Origin: Bacteroidaceae bacterium
Lineage (GTDB): Bacteria > Bacteroidota > Bacteroidia > Bacteroidales > Bacteroidaceae
Length of the DNA stretch: 64,000 nucleotides
Direction: 5' to 3'
Assembly (NCBI GenBank): GCA_024699495.1
Contig: JAILPK010000036.1
Location: 36,566-100,565, forward strand
In this document: piece by piece, positions 49,587 to 58,283 of the stretch
Layout: every line of letters begins with the position of its first letter
Position numbering within the stretch: position 1 is the first letter of the stretch
Position numbers and translations under genes: made by a program
The notes under the pieces: model-generated
Told to the model about the DNA's origin: nothing
Database searches by the model: none
The model's input: the letters and a program-made list of their open reading frames with translations, nothing else

Positions 49587-50009
49587 TAGTTGACAAGGCC
49601 TCACCCCCTAACCCGTGGGCGAGGGGGAGCGGCAAGACCGCGGAGCTATAGTAGTTCTGGCAAAGCTAGCAGTGCTATAAGGGTTAGAAGCTATAGAGGT
49701 TATAGAGACTAGAGAGACAATAGAATCTTATAGAGGCTATAGAAAATATTGAAGCCGCGAAGTGGCATTGAACTCCTTAAACCAGGAAAATGAAGAATTA
49801 AGAATTTTTGGAGCAGCAAAGGCCATAAGAGCCGCTCTTAAATGGCTGAGTCGTGACAAAAATCACAAAAGGTAATTGGGCTGCGCGAAGAAAACTAATG
49901 GCTAACGGCTAATGGCTAACGGCTACCCCCTTAAACCTCTTAAACCTCTTAAACTCCTTAAACCTTTTAAACTCCTTAAACCTCTTAAACTCCTTAAACC
50001 TCTTGACCA
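49587..50009. repeat. Mosaic non-coding 'word-array' element P: H hairpin + 9-bp CTATAG array + core + 7-bp TAAYGGC array + 9-bp TTAAAC array
   Basis: The arrays were read directly: 49633-49742 (9-bp period), 49896-49925 (4 x 7 bp), 49929-50009 (9 x 9 bp). The element is homologous to the reverse complement of 60243-60589. Confidence 0.85.
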
Positions 50010-50105
50010 CGCGCTCAAGGCCGCGGGCACGTACGCTTGCACTTAAAGAATGTTAAAGGGAAGATTTTTTCTGTCTTATAGGCCGATAAAGGCAACGGAT
50101 AGGAG

Positions 50106-50113
50106 TATCTTTG
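50106..50113 (+). promoter_or_regulatory. -7 promoter box (TATCTTTG)
   Basis: TAnnTTTG match 21 nt upstream of the ABC-F ATG. Confidence 0.5.
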
Positions 50114-50133
50114 CACACGAAAAGTGAAAATGG

Positions 50134-52053
50134 ATGGTTACAATAGATAACCTTAGTGTTGAATTTAGTGCGCGACCTCTGTTTCGTGAGGTCTCTTTTG
50201 TCGTGGCTGACCGCGACCGCATTGCCCTCACCGGAAAGAACGGGGCGGGCAAGAGCACAATGCTGCGAATCATTGCGGGCGAGATGTCGCCAAGCCTCGG
50301 AACAATCACGACCACGAAGGACACGAGCATTGCGTATCTGCCTCAGGTGATGGAACTGGCCGGCGGTCGCACAGTGATGGAAGAGACGATGCAAGCCTTC
50401 GAGCATATCCATGAGATGCAAGCATCGATAGAGGCGATGAACCGCGAAATGGGCGAGCGCACAGATTACGAGAGCGCGGATTATATGGCTCTGTGTGAGC
50501 GATATGCACACGCTCAGGAAAGATTTCAGATGATGGGCGGAATGAATTTCCGCGCTGAGATAGAGCGCACGCTCACAGGCCTCGGATTCACACGCGAGGA
50601 GTTTGACCGCCCCACGAACCAGTTGTCTGGCGGATGGAGGATGCGAATAGAGCTGGCCAAACTGCTGTTGCGCAAGCCCGATGTGCTCCTGCTGGATGAG
50701 CCCACAAACCATTTGGATATAGAGAGCATTCAATGGTTGGAGCAGTATCTGGTGCAACAGCCCGGGGCCGTGGTTTTAGTGTCTCACGACCGTGCATTCA
50801 TCAATAACGTGACCAACCGCACTCTGGAAATTTCATGTGGCCGAGTGTGGGATTACAAAGTGAAATACGACGATTACGTTCGTCTGCGTGCAGAACGGCG
50901 TGAGCAGCAGCTGCGAGCCTACGAGAACCAGCAGAAGGAAATTGCCGACCTGAAAGACTTCATCGAGCGCTTCAGATATAAACCCACCAAAGCTGTTCAA
51001 GTGCAAGAGCGCATAAAACAACTGGCACGGATTGTTCCAATCGAAGTAGATGAGATAGACAACTCTGCCCTGAGCCTAAAATTTCCGCCCTGCCAGAGGA
51101 GCGGTGACTTCCCGCTGATAGTAGAAGAACTGTCGAAGAGCTATGACCACCCTGTAATCTCCGACGTCAACATGACAATACGCAGGGGTGAGAAGGTGGC
51201 TTTTGTAGGCAAGAACGGCGAGGGAAAATCCACACTGGTGAAATGCATATTGGGCGAAATCCCATTCGATGGCATGCTGAAAGTGGGGCATAATGTGCAG
51301 ATAGGCTATTTCGCACAGAACCAAGCCCAGCTGCTCGACCCAGAGCTAACGGTCTTCGACACCATAGACCGCGTGGCCCGCGGCGATATCCGCACCCGAA
51401 TCCGGGATATCCTCGGCGCATTCATGTTTGGAGGCGAGGAGTCGGACAAGAAGGTAAAGGTGCTGTCTGGAGGCGAGCGCTCGCGTCTGGCGATGATTCG
51501 GCTGCTCCTGGAGCCCGTGAATTTCCTAATTCTTGACGAGCCCACGAACCACCTGGATATGCGTTCCAAGGATGTTCTGAAAGAAGCCATACGCTGTTTC
51601 GATGGCACTGTAATCATCGTCTCTCACGACCGTGAATTTCTCGACGGATTAGTCAGTAGAGTTTATGCCTTCGGCGGAGGGAGCGTCAGAGAGCATCTCG
51701 GCGGCATCTACGACTGGATTCGGCAATTCAGGAAAGTCAACGAAAACGCCTCTGCCGCATCTCCCGGCCCGATGATAGCCCAGCATAAGAGCGAACCAGC
51801 ACCTGCGTCAGATAAGGGAAGGGACTGGGCCGAGCAGAAGGCACAGAAACGCGCATTAAAGAAGCTGGAGGAGAGAGTGAAGAATATCGAGGAGGAGATG
51901 AAGGAAGTATCTGCCGCCATAACAATTCTCGAGACCAAGATGGACGGATCAGACCCAACAGTCTATGAACGCTATGACCGCCTGAAGAAAAAACAGGAAG
52001 AGCTGGAGAGCGACTGGCTCGAGGCATCTGAAGAACTGGAGAGAGGGGTCTGA
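50134..52053 (+). CDS. ABC-F family ATPase (two ABC domains, no TM domain, C-terminal coiled coil)
   Basis: Two Walker A motifs (GKNGAGKST, GKNGEGKST), two signatures (LSGGWRMR, LSGGERSR) and a charged C-terminal helix. Confidence 0.85.
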   Translation: MVTIDNLSVEFSARPLFREVSFVVADRDRIALTGKNGAGKSTMLRIIAGEMSPSLGTITTTKDTSIAYLPQVMELAGGRTVMEETMQAFEHIHEMQASIEAMNREMGERTDYESADYMALCERYAHAQERFQMMGGMNFRAEIERTLTGLGFTREEFDRPTNQLSGGWRMRIELAKLLLRKPDVLLLDEPTNHLDIESIQWLEQYLVQQPGAVVLVSHDRAFINNVTNRTLEISCGRVWDYKVKYDDYVRLRAERREQQLRAYENQQKEIADLKDFIERFRYKPTKAVQVQERIKQLARIVPIEVDEIDNSALSLKFPPCQRSGDFPLIVEELSKSYDHPVISDVNMTIRRGEKVAFVGKNGEGKSTLVKCILGEIPFDGMLKVGHNVQIGYFAQNQAQLLDPELTVFDTIDRVARGDIRTRIRDILGAFMFGGEESDKKVKVLSGGERSRLAMIRLLLEPVNFLILDEPTNHLDMRSKDVLKEAIRCFDGTVIIVSHDREFLDGLVSRVYAFGGGSVREHLGGIYDWIRQFRKVNENASAASPGPMIAQHKSEPAPASDKGRDWAEQKAQKRALKKLEERVKNIEEEMKEVSAAITILETKMDGSDPTVYERYDRLKKKQEELESDWLEASEELERGV

Positions 52054-52092
52054 CGTTCTTTTATTCAGAGTTACATATTAAAAAAATTATAT

Positions 52093-54117
52093 ATGAAAAA
52101 GAATCTTTTTATCCCAACAATTATGGCAATCGTCATGACAGGATGCACAGGTAATCAGACACAAGGCACAGGTATAGACACGGCCAATCTGGACACCACA
52201 GTAGAAGCTGGAACAGACTTCTACGACTTCGCCACCGGAGGATGGCAAAAGGCAAACCCGCTCACAGCAGAATACAGCCGCTTTGGCTCGTTCGACCAAC
52301 TGGCTGAGAACAACCGGGAACAGTTGCGCAGTCTCATCGAAGAGGTGGCTTCACAGAAGAACGAGGCAGGCAGCGTTGCTGACATGATTGCCCAGATGTA
52401 TGCTTCGGCGATGGATAGCGTGAGCCTCAACAAACAAGGCATAGAACCCATTCGCGCCGACTTGCAGGACATCATGGACTGCCCTGGAAAGACGGAGTTG
52501 TGGCGCAAATACTGCAGTCTGCAGATGCAGGGCATCAGCGGTATGTTCGGCGCATATATAGATGCTGATATCAAGAACTCGAAGATGAATCTCCCGCAGA
52601 TCGGACAAAGCGGTCTGCACATGGGCGAAAAAGAATACTATATTGATACAGACAGCGCAACAGTGAAAATACGCGAGGCATACCTCAAGTATATGCGGGA
52701 TATGTTTGTCCGCTGCAAGGTGGCCAAAGAGGAAGACGCCGACAGCCATGTAGCTGCCGAGATGGCTATAGAGACCCGTCTGGCCAAGGCCTCACGCTCG
52801 GCAACCGAACTGCGCGATCCCGAAAAGAATTATAACAAGATGAGTATGGAGGAGCTGAAAGAGCAGTTCCAAGGCATCAACTGGGGCATCTATATGGACA
52901 TGCTCGGAGCGCGTGCGGCCAAGGAAATAAGCGTCGGACAGCCCGAATTCTTCAAGGAGGTCGAAGCCATTTGGCAAGACACGCCACTCAAGGACCTGAA
53001 GGACTATGTGGCATGGCAACTCATCGACGACGCTGCATCGTATCTTGATGACGAGATGCGCGCCGCCTCGTTCGGATTCTATGGCAAGGTGATGTCAGGC
53101 AAGGAAGAAGACCGTCCGCGTTGGAAACGAGCCGTAGGCAGCACCGAAGGAGCATTAAGCGAAGCCCTGGGACGTCTCTATGTAGAGAAATACTTCCCAG
53201 CCGCAGCCAAAGAACGCATGGAGAAGCTGGTACGCAACCTGCAAATAGCCCTCGGCGAGCGCATCGATGCTCAGGAATGGATGAGCGACTCCACAAAGGC
53301 TGTAGCCCACGAGAAGCTGGATGCCTTCATTGTAAAGGTTGGCTACCCCGACAAATGGAAGAGCTACGATGGTCTGACTATCGGACGCAATTACTGGGAA
53401 AACATCAAACAGACCAGCAAGTGGATGATTAAAGACATGGTAAGCCGCAAACTGAACAAGCCTGTGGACAACACCGAATGGCACATGCCCCCCCAGATGG
53501 TGAATGCCTATTATAACCCTACGACTAACGAGATTTGCTTCCCGGCAGGCATCCTGCAGCCGCCATTCTTCGATATGAGCGCTGACGACGCCTTCAACTA
53601 CGGAGCCATCGGAGTGGTTATCGGACACGAAATGACCCACGGATTCGACGATCAGGGCTCACAGTTTGACAAGGACGGTAACCTGCGACTCTGGTGGACG
53701 GCCGACGACCGCGCCAAGTTTGAGGAGCGCACAGCTGTAATGGCTAATTTCTTCAATAACATTGAGGTGCTGCCCGGCCTCTGCGGCAACGGACAACTCA
53801 CCCTGGGCGAGAATCTGGCTGACCATGGCGGACTGCAGGTGGCTTGGCAAGCTTATAAGAATGCGACAAAAGACAATCCGCTCCCCGACAGCGACGGATT
53901 CACCGCAGACCAGCGTTTCTTCCTCGCCTATGCTGGTGTTTGGGCCGGAAATATACGCGATGAGGAAATCCGAGTCCGCACAAAGAGCGACCCGCACGCC
54001 TTAGGCCGCTGGCGCGTCAACGGAGCCCTGCCGCATATCGACGCGTGGTATGAAGCCTTCAACATTACCGAGAAAGACCCGATGTTCATACCAAAGGCTG
54101 AGCGCGTCACAATCTAG
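52093..54117 (+). CDS. pepO: M13 family zinc metallopeptidase (PepO/endothelin-converting-enzyme-like) lipoprotein
   Basis: Lipobox VMTGCTGN, HEMTHGFD zinc motif and ENLADHGG second motif. Confidence 0.9.
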   Translation: MKKNLFIPTIMAIVMTGCTGNQTQGTGIDTANLDTTVEAGTDFYDFATGGWQKANPLTAEYSRFGSFDQLAENNREQLRSLIEEVASQKNEAGSVADMIAQMYASAMDSVSLNKQGIEPIRADLQDIMDCPGKTELWRKYCSLQMQGISGMFGAYIDADIKNSKMNLPQIGQSGLHMGEKEYYIDTDSATVKIREAYLKYMRDMFVRCKVAKEEDADSHVAAEMAIETRLAKASRSATELRDPEKNYNKMSMEELKEQFQGINWGIYMDMLGARAAKEISVGQPEFFKEVEAIWQDTPLKDLKDYVAWQLIDDAASYLDDEMRAASFGFYGKVMSGKEEDRPRWKRAVGSTEGALSEALGRLYVEKYFPAAAKERMEKLVRNLQIALGERIDAQEWMSDSTKAVAHEKLDAFIVKVGYPDKWKSYDGLTIGRNYWENIKQTSKWMIKDMVSRKLNKPVDNTEWHMPPQMVNAYYNPTTNEICFPAGILQPPFFDMSADDAFNYGAIGVVIGHEMTHGFDDQGSQFDKDGNLRLWWTADDRAKFEERTAVMANFFNNIEVLPGLCGNGQLTLGENLADHGGLQVAWQAYKNATKDNPLPDSDGFTADQRFFLAYAGVWAGNIRDEEIRVRTKSDPHALGRWRVNGALPHIDAWYEAFNITEKDPMFIPKAERVTI

Positions 54118-54235
54118 TAAAACAAGTTAGTTTGTTAGTTTTTAAGTATAAAGAATCAACTCGTCAATTAGTTAACTCGTCAACTGCGAAGCTATCAACT
54201 AGTTTACCCGTCAACTCAAAAACTTACCACCATCA

Positions 54236-55153
54236 ATGCCATTAACACTGCCAGACAGATTACCGGCTATAGACCTGCTCAAAGAGGAGAATATATTTGT
54301 GATTGACTCGTCGAGAGCTATGTCACAAGACATACGACCACTGCGTATAGTCATCCTCAACCTTATGCCGATAAAGATAACTACCGAGACCGACCTCATA
54401 CGAGTTCTGTCAAACTCACCGTTGCAGCTGGAGCTCTCTTTCATGAAGATTAAAAGCCACAACTCGAAGAATACCCCGATAGAACACATGAAGGCCTTCT
54501 ACAAAGACTTCGAGCTGCTGAAGCACGAGAAATTTGACGGAATGATAATCACAGGGGCGCCCGTGGAACACCTGAATTTCGAGGATGTCAATTATTGGGA
54601 GGAGATGCAGGAAATTTTCGCCTGGGCCAAAACCAACGTGACATCTACGCTGTATATCTGCTGGGCTGCGCAGGCCGGACTCTATTATCACTACGGAGTG
54701 CCCAAATACCCGCTCTCTGCCAAGATGTTTGGAATCTTTCCCCAACATACGCTGAAACCGCGGCTGCCCATATTCAGAGGCTTCGACGATATTTTCTATA
54801 TGCCACACAGCAGACATACGGAAATAAGGCGGGAGGACATCGAAAAAGTGAAGGGACTGACCATAATCGCCGAGAGCGAAGAGAGCGGCATCAGCATTGT
54901 CATGGCGCGCGAAGGACGTGAGTTTTTCATAACGGGGCACGCCGAATATTCCCCCCTTACGTTAGACACTGAATACCGGCGTGACCTGGCAAAGAACCTG
55001 CCTATCGAAATGCCCCGCCATTATTATCGCGACGACCAACCGGACAAAGGGCCTCTCGTAACATGGCGGGCACATGCAAATCTGCTGTTTACCAACTGGC
55101 TAAACTACTACGTATATCAAGAAACACCATTTGATATAAATGCGATCCATTGA
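54236..55153 (+). CDS. metA: Homoserine O-acyltransferase (MetA family)
   Basis: PLRIVILNLMPIKITTETDLIRVL..., GAPVEHLNFEDVNYW and ICWAAQAGL are MetA hallmarks. Confidence 0.9.
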   Translation: MPLTLPDRLPAIDLLKEENIFVIDSSRAMSQDIRPLRIVILNLMPIKITTETDLIRVLSNSPLQLELSFMKIKSHNSKNTPIEHMKAFYKDFELLKHEKFDGMIITGAPVEHLNFEDVNYWEEMQEIFAWAKTNVTSTLYICWAAQAGLYYHYGVPKYPLSAKMFGIFPQHTLKPRLPIFRGFDDIFYMPHSRHTEIRREDIEKVKGLTIIAESEESGISIVMAREGREFFITGHAEYSPLTLDTEYRRDLAKNLPIEMPRHYYRDDQPDKGPLVTWRAHANLLFTNWLNYYVYQETPFDINAIH

Positions 55154-58100
55154 GCTTCTTTCCCCAGCCAAAAACCTCAAATGCGGCATCGAGGCAATTC
55201 GCCACGGGGCAGACTCCGTATATGTAGGGGCAGAACGCTTCGGTGCGAGGGCGGCTGCGGGAAACAGCTTGGAAGACATCGCCGAACTGTGCAGATTTGC
55301 GCATCAGTTTCGCGCAAAAATATATGTTACAGTAAACACCATCATCTATGACGATGAGCTGGATGCCACACGCGATCTTATCTGGCGGCTATATGAGATA
55401 GGGGTTGATGCGCTTATAGTTCAGGACCTCGGACTGCTGAAGATGGATTTGCCACCCATCCCTCTGCATGCATCTACACAGATGGATAACCAGACGCCTG
55501 AAAAAGTGTCATGGCTCGCATCAAAGGGATTTGAACAAGTCGTATTGGCACGCGAATTGTCATTGGAGCAGATGAGTGCAATCCATGCCCAATGCCCCGA
55601 CATCCGTCTGGAAGCGTTTGTTCACGGCGCATTATGCGTGAGCTACTCTGGCAGATGCTACGCCTCACAACACTGTTTCGGACGTTCGGCCAATCGCGGA
55701 GAGTGCGCTCAGTTCTGCCGAATGGCCTTTGACCTCGTAGATTCCGACGGCAAAACCATAGTTAACGACCGGCATCTGCTGTCTCTGCGTGATATGAACC
55801 GGTCGGCTTTTCTTGAAGAGATGATAGACGCCGGCGTCACATGCATGAAAATCGAAGGAAGACTAAAGGATGTCAGCTATGTAAAGAATATCACAGCCTT
55901 CTATCGTCAGCAACTGGATGCCGTCATCAGCCGCCGTAGCGACCTTAGCCGTCCATCGTCAGGGAAATCTTTATATACCTTTGTACCAAACCCAATCAAG
56001 AGCTTCAACCGAGGCTTTACAGACTATTTCCTTCACGGCCGCACATCTGCTCCGATATGGAATTTCCACACCCCGAAAGCGACGGGAGAAGCCGTTGGAC
56101 ATGTGAAAGAACAGCGGAGAGACAGAGACGGCTGGTATATAGTAGTATCATCCACAAACGTATTCCACAATGGTGACGGCTTCTGCTACGCCAATAACGA
56201 GGGCCATCTGAAAGGATTTCGCATCAACCGCGCTGCAGGGAATCACCTGTATATCCAATCGCCGCTGAACGACCTCGGAAAAGGAACCACCTTATTCCGA
56301 AACTTCGATGCAGCATTCGAAAGCCTGCTCTCCAAACCGTCTGCTGACAGACGCATCGCAGTAAGATGGGAGATTTCGGATTACCACAAGGACTCCGACC
56401 AGGCAGAAACACAGGAGGCTTCCGAAGGATTCTCCCTAACCATGACCACCGAAGACGGCTTCCGACGCTCGCTGTTCATTCCATATGCCCACGAGAAAGC
56501 CCGGTCGCCGCAAGAAGAGAACATCCGCACACAACTGACGCGGCTCGGTAACAGCATCTATTCTTCTGAAACAAAGGATATCAGCATCAACTTCACAGAT
56601 AATTGGTTTCTGCCATCATCTATTCTTGCTGAAGCCCGGAGAAAACTGACGGAAGAAGATTCCGAACGGCCAAAGACACAAGCTGTTAGCGTTAGTGGCG
56701 CTACCGGACAAATTAACGCTATGTGCACTGTAAGCCAAGAGAGCGTTGTCAGACAAGGGAGCGTTGTCAGCCAAGAGAGCGTTGTCAGACAAGGGAGCGT
56801 TGTCAGACAAGGGAGCGTTGTCAGCCAAAGCTGCGTTGTCAGCCAAAGCTGCGATGTAAGTATTCAGGTCCCGCCCCTCCCATCTGACTTCACCGCGAAT
56901 GTCTCCAACCATCTGGCTCGCGATTTCTTCGAAGAAGAGAAACACACGCCCCCAGCACCAGCCTATGAACTTATTCCTCCTGCAGACGCAACAGTGATGA
57001 CCTGCCGCCACTGTCTAAGATTCGCACTCGGATTCTGCTCTAAGTTCCAACCACAAAACAGCTCAGAAAGCCTCTCATTCGACAGCTCAGAAGAGCTCTC
57101 ACACAGAAATCCGGATAGGAAAAAGTCATCCCCTACCCCTCTCCAATGGTCACTTCGTCTTGAGGACGGACGGCGGTTTCCACTCACATTCGATTGCAAG
57201 AAATGCGAGATGCAGGTGAAAGCCTGTAGGAGCAAAGAACCAGGCAGGAAGCCGAAAAGGGCGGGAGAACAACTGAAAAATGGCGCAAAAGGAGTGAGGA
57301 GGATTATACTGCTATGTCTGTGCCTCCTGCTTCTGACAGCGTGCTACAATCGCCCAACCGCTCTTACAGACAGGTGGGAGGAGTTGCCGGAAACGGTGCG
57401 CGACAGCATAGACTTCGCCTACAACCATCACTATACCGTAGGCTACAATTTTATAGTCAGAGGTGACTCTCTGATGCTATTGTACGAGCGCCCTATGCAC
57501 ATGAATGAAGGCGTCAAGGAGGCCAGTGACACCTCGTGGGTAAAGAGACTCGATCATATCGTGGTAGCTGCAATCACAGTCATTCCCGAAGACAGCATAG
57601 ACAGCGTCTGGGTCAAAGTGGCTAGAGACCAGCTGACAATGGGTTGGACTCATGAGAAAGACCTTCTGGACGAAGCTGCTCCCGACGATCCGATCAGCGA
57701 GTTCATCAGAGTCTTCTCCTCACGCCATCTGATTTGGTTCTTGGCAATCATGGGCGGCGCGATAATAATCATAGCTGTGCGTACCATGCTGAAACAGAGA
57801 TTCCGTATGCTGTTCTATATAGACATTCCATCGGCATACCCCACTCTGCTGGCTACGACACTCGCCATCTCATCTGTCCTCTATTCTTATATTCAGGACT
57901 TCGAACCGCAAACGTGGGTGCAATTCTATTTCCACCCTACGCTCAACCCTTTGGCACAACCTCCCATCCTATGCGCTTTTCTTATAACTGTGTGGCTGTT
58001 ATTGCTGCTGTCGCTGGCCGTTGTTCAGGATGTATTTCGGATGTTGCCACCGCATGATGCAGCCCTCTATCTGCTCTCGCTGCTGGCTATCTGCATGTTG

Positions 58101-58283
58101 GTCTATCTGATATTCTCCCTGCTGCCGTCAGGCTTGCTCACTTATCTTTTGTGCCTGACTTTCTGCATCTTTGCCATAAGATATTATTGGAGACACTCAC
58201 GCGCTCAATATATTTGTGGGCGCTGCGGAATGAAGCTGAGTGAAAAGGGGGTATGTCCGAGATGCGGAGCCATCAATGACTGA
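55140..58283 (+). CDS. Single ORF with two parts: a U32-family peptidase (RlhA/TrhP/PrtC-like, to about 57220) running with no stop into a lipobox + multi-TM + C-terminal zinc-ribbon protein (from about 57210/57294)
   Basis: The N-terminus ELLSPAKNLKCGIEAIRHGADSVYVG...E..GALCVSYSGRCY is U32. After ...FDCKKCEMQVKA comes a K/R/G linker, then RRIILLCLCLLLLTACYN, about six TM helices and CGRCGMKLSEKGVCPRCG. Confidence 0.7.
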   Translation: MRSIELLSPAKNLKCGIEAIRHGADSVYVGAERFGARAAAGNSLEDIAELCRFAHQFRAKIYVTVNTIIYDDELDATRDLIWRLYEIGVDALIVQDLGLLKMDLPPIPLHASTQMDNQTPEKVSWLASKGFEQVVLARELSLEQMSAIHAQCPDIRLEAFVHGALCVSYSGRCYASQHCFGRSANRGECAQFCRMAFDLVDSDGKTIVNDRHLLSLRDMNRSAFLEEMIDAGVTCMKIEGRLKDVSYVKNITAFYRQQLDAVISRRSDLSRPSSGKSLYTFVPNPIKSFNRGFTDYFLHGRTSAPIWNFHTPKATGEAVGHVKEQRRDRDGWYIVVSSTNVFHNGDGFCYANNEGHLKGFRINRAAGNHLYIQSPLNDLGKGTTLFRNFDAAFESLLSKPSADRRIAVRWEISDYHKDSDQAETQEASEGFSLTMTTEDGFRRSLFIPYAHEKARSPQEENIRTQLTRLGNSIYSSETKDISINFTDNWFLPSSILAEARRKLTEEDSERPKTQAVSVSGATGQINAMCTVSQESVVRQGSVVSQESVVRQGSVVRQGSVVSQSCVVSQSCDVSIQVPPLPSDFTANVSNHLARDFFEEEKHTPPAPAYELIPPADATVMTCRHCLRFALGFCSKFQPQNSSESLSFDSSEELSHRNPDRKKSSPTPLQWSLRLEDGRRFPLTFDCKKCEMQVKACRSKEPGRKPKRAGEQLKNGAKGVRRIILLCLCLLLLTACYNRPTALTDRWEELPETVRDSIDFAYNHHYTVGYNFIVRGDSLMLLYERPMHMNEGVKEASDTSWVKRLDHIVVAAITVIPEDSIDSVWVKVARDQLTMGWTHEKDLLDEAAPDDPISEFIRVFSSRHLIWFLAIMGGAIIIIAVRTMLKQRFRMLFYIDIPSAYPTLLATTLAISSVLYSYIQDFEPQTWVQFYFHPTLNPLAQPPILCAFLITVWLLLLLSLAVVQDVFRMLPPHDAALYLLSLLAICMLVYLIFSLLPSGLLTYLLCLTFCIFAIRYYWRHSRAQYICGRCGMKLSEKGVCPRCGAIND
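56730..56855 (+). repeat. In-frame 18-bp tandem repeat (7 copies) inside the U32 ORF
   Basis: GTNAGNCAAGNGAGCGTT units encode V(S/V)(Q/R)(E/G)S hexapeptide repeats (SQESVVRQGSVVSQESVV...). Confidence 0.9.

Noticed and set aside
54118-54235. SAM or other riboswitch upstream of metA
   Set aside because: The leader is G-poor and made of GTCAACT words. It cannot form the GC-rich helices of the SAM-I, SAM-II or SAM/SAH motifs.
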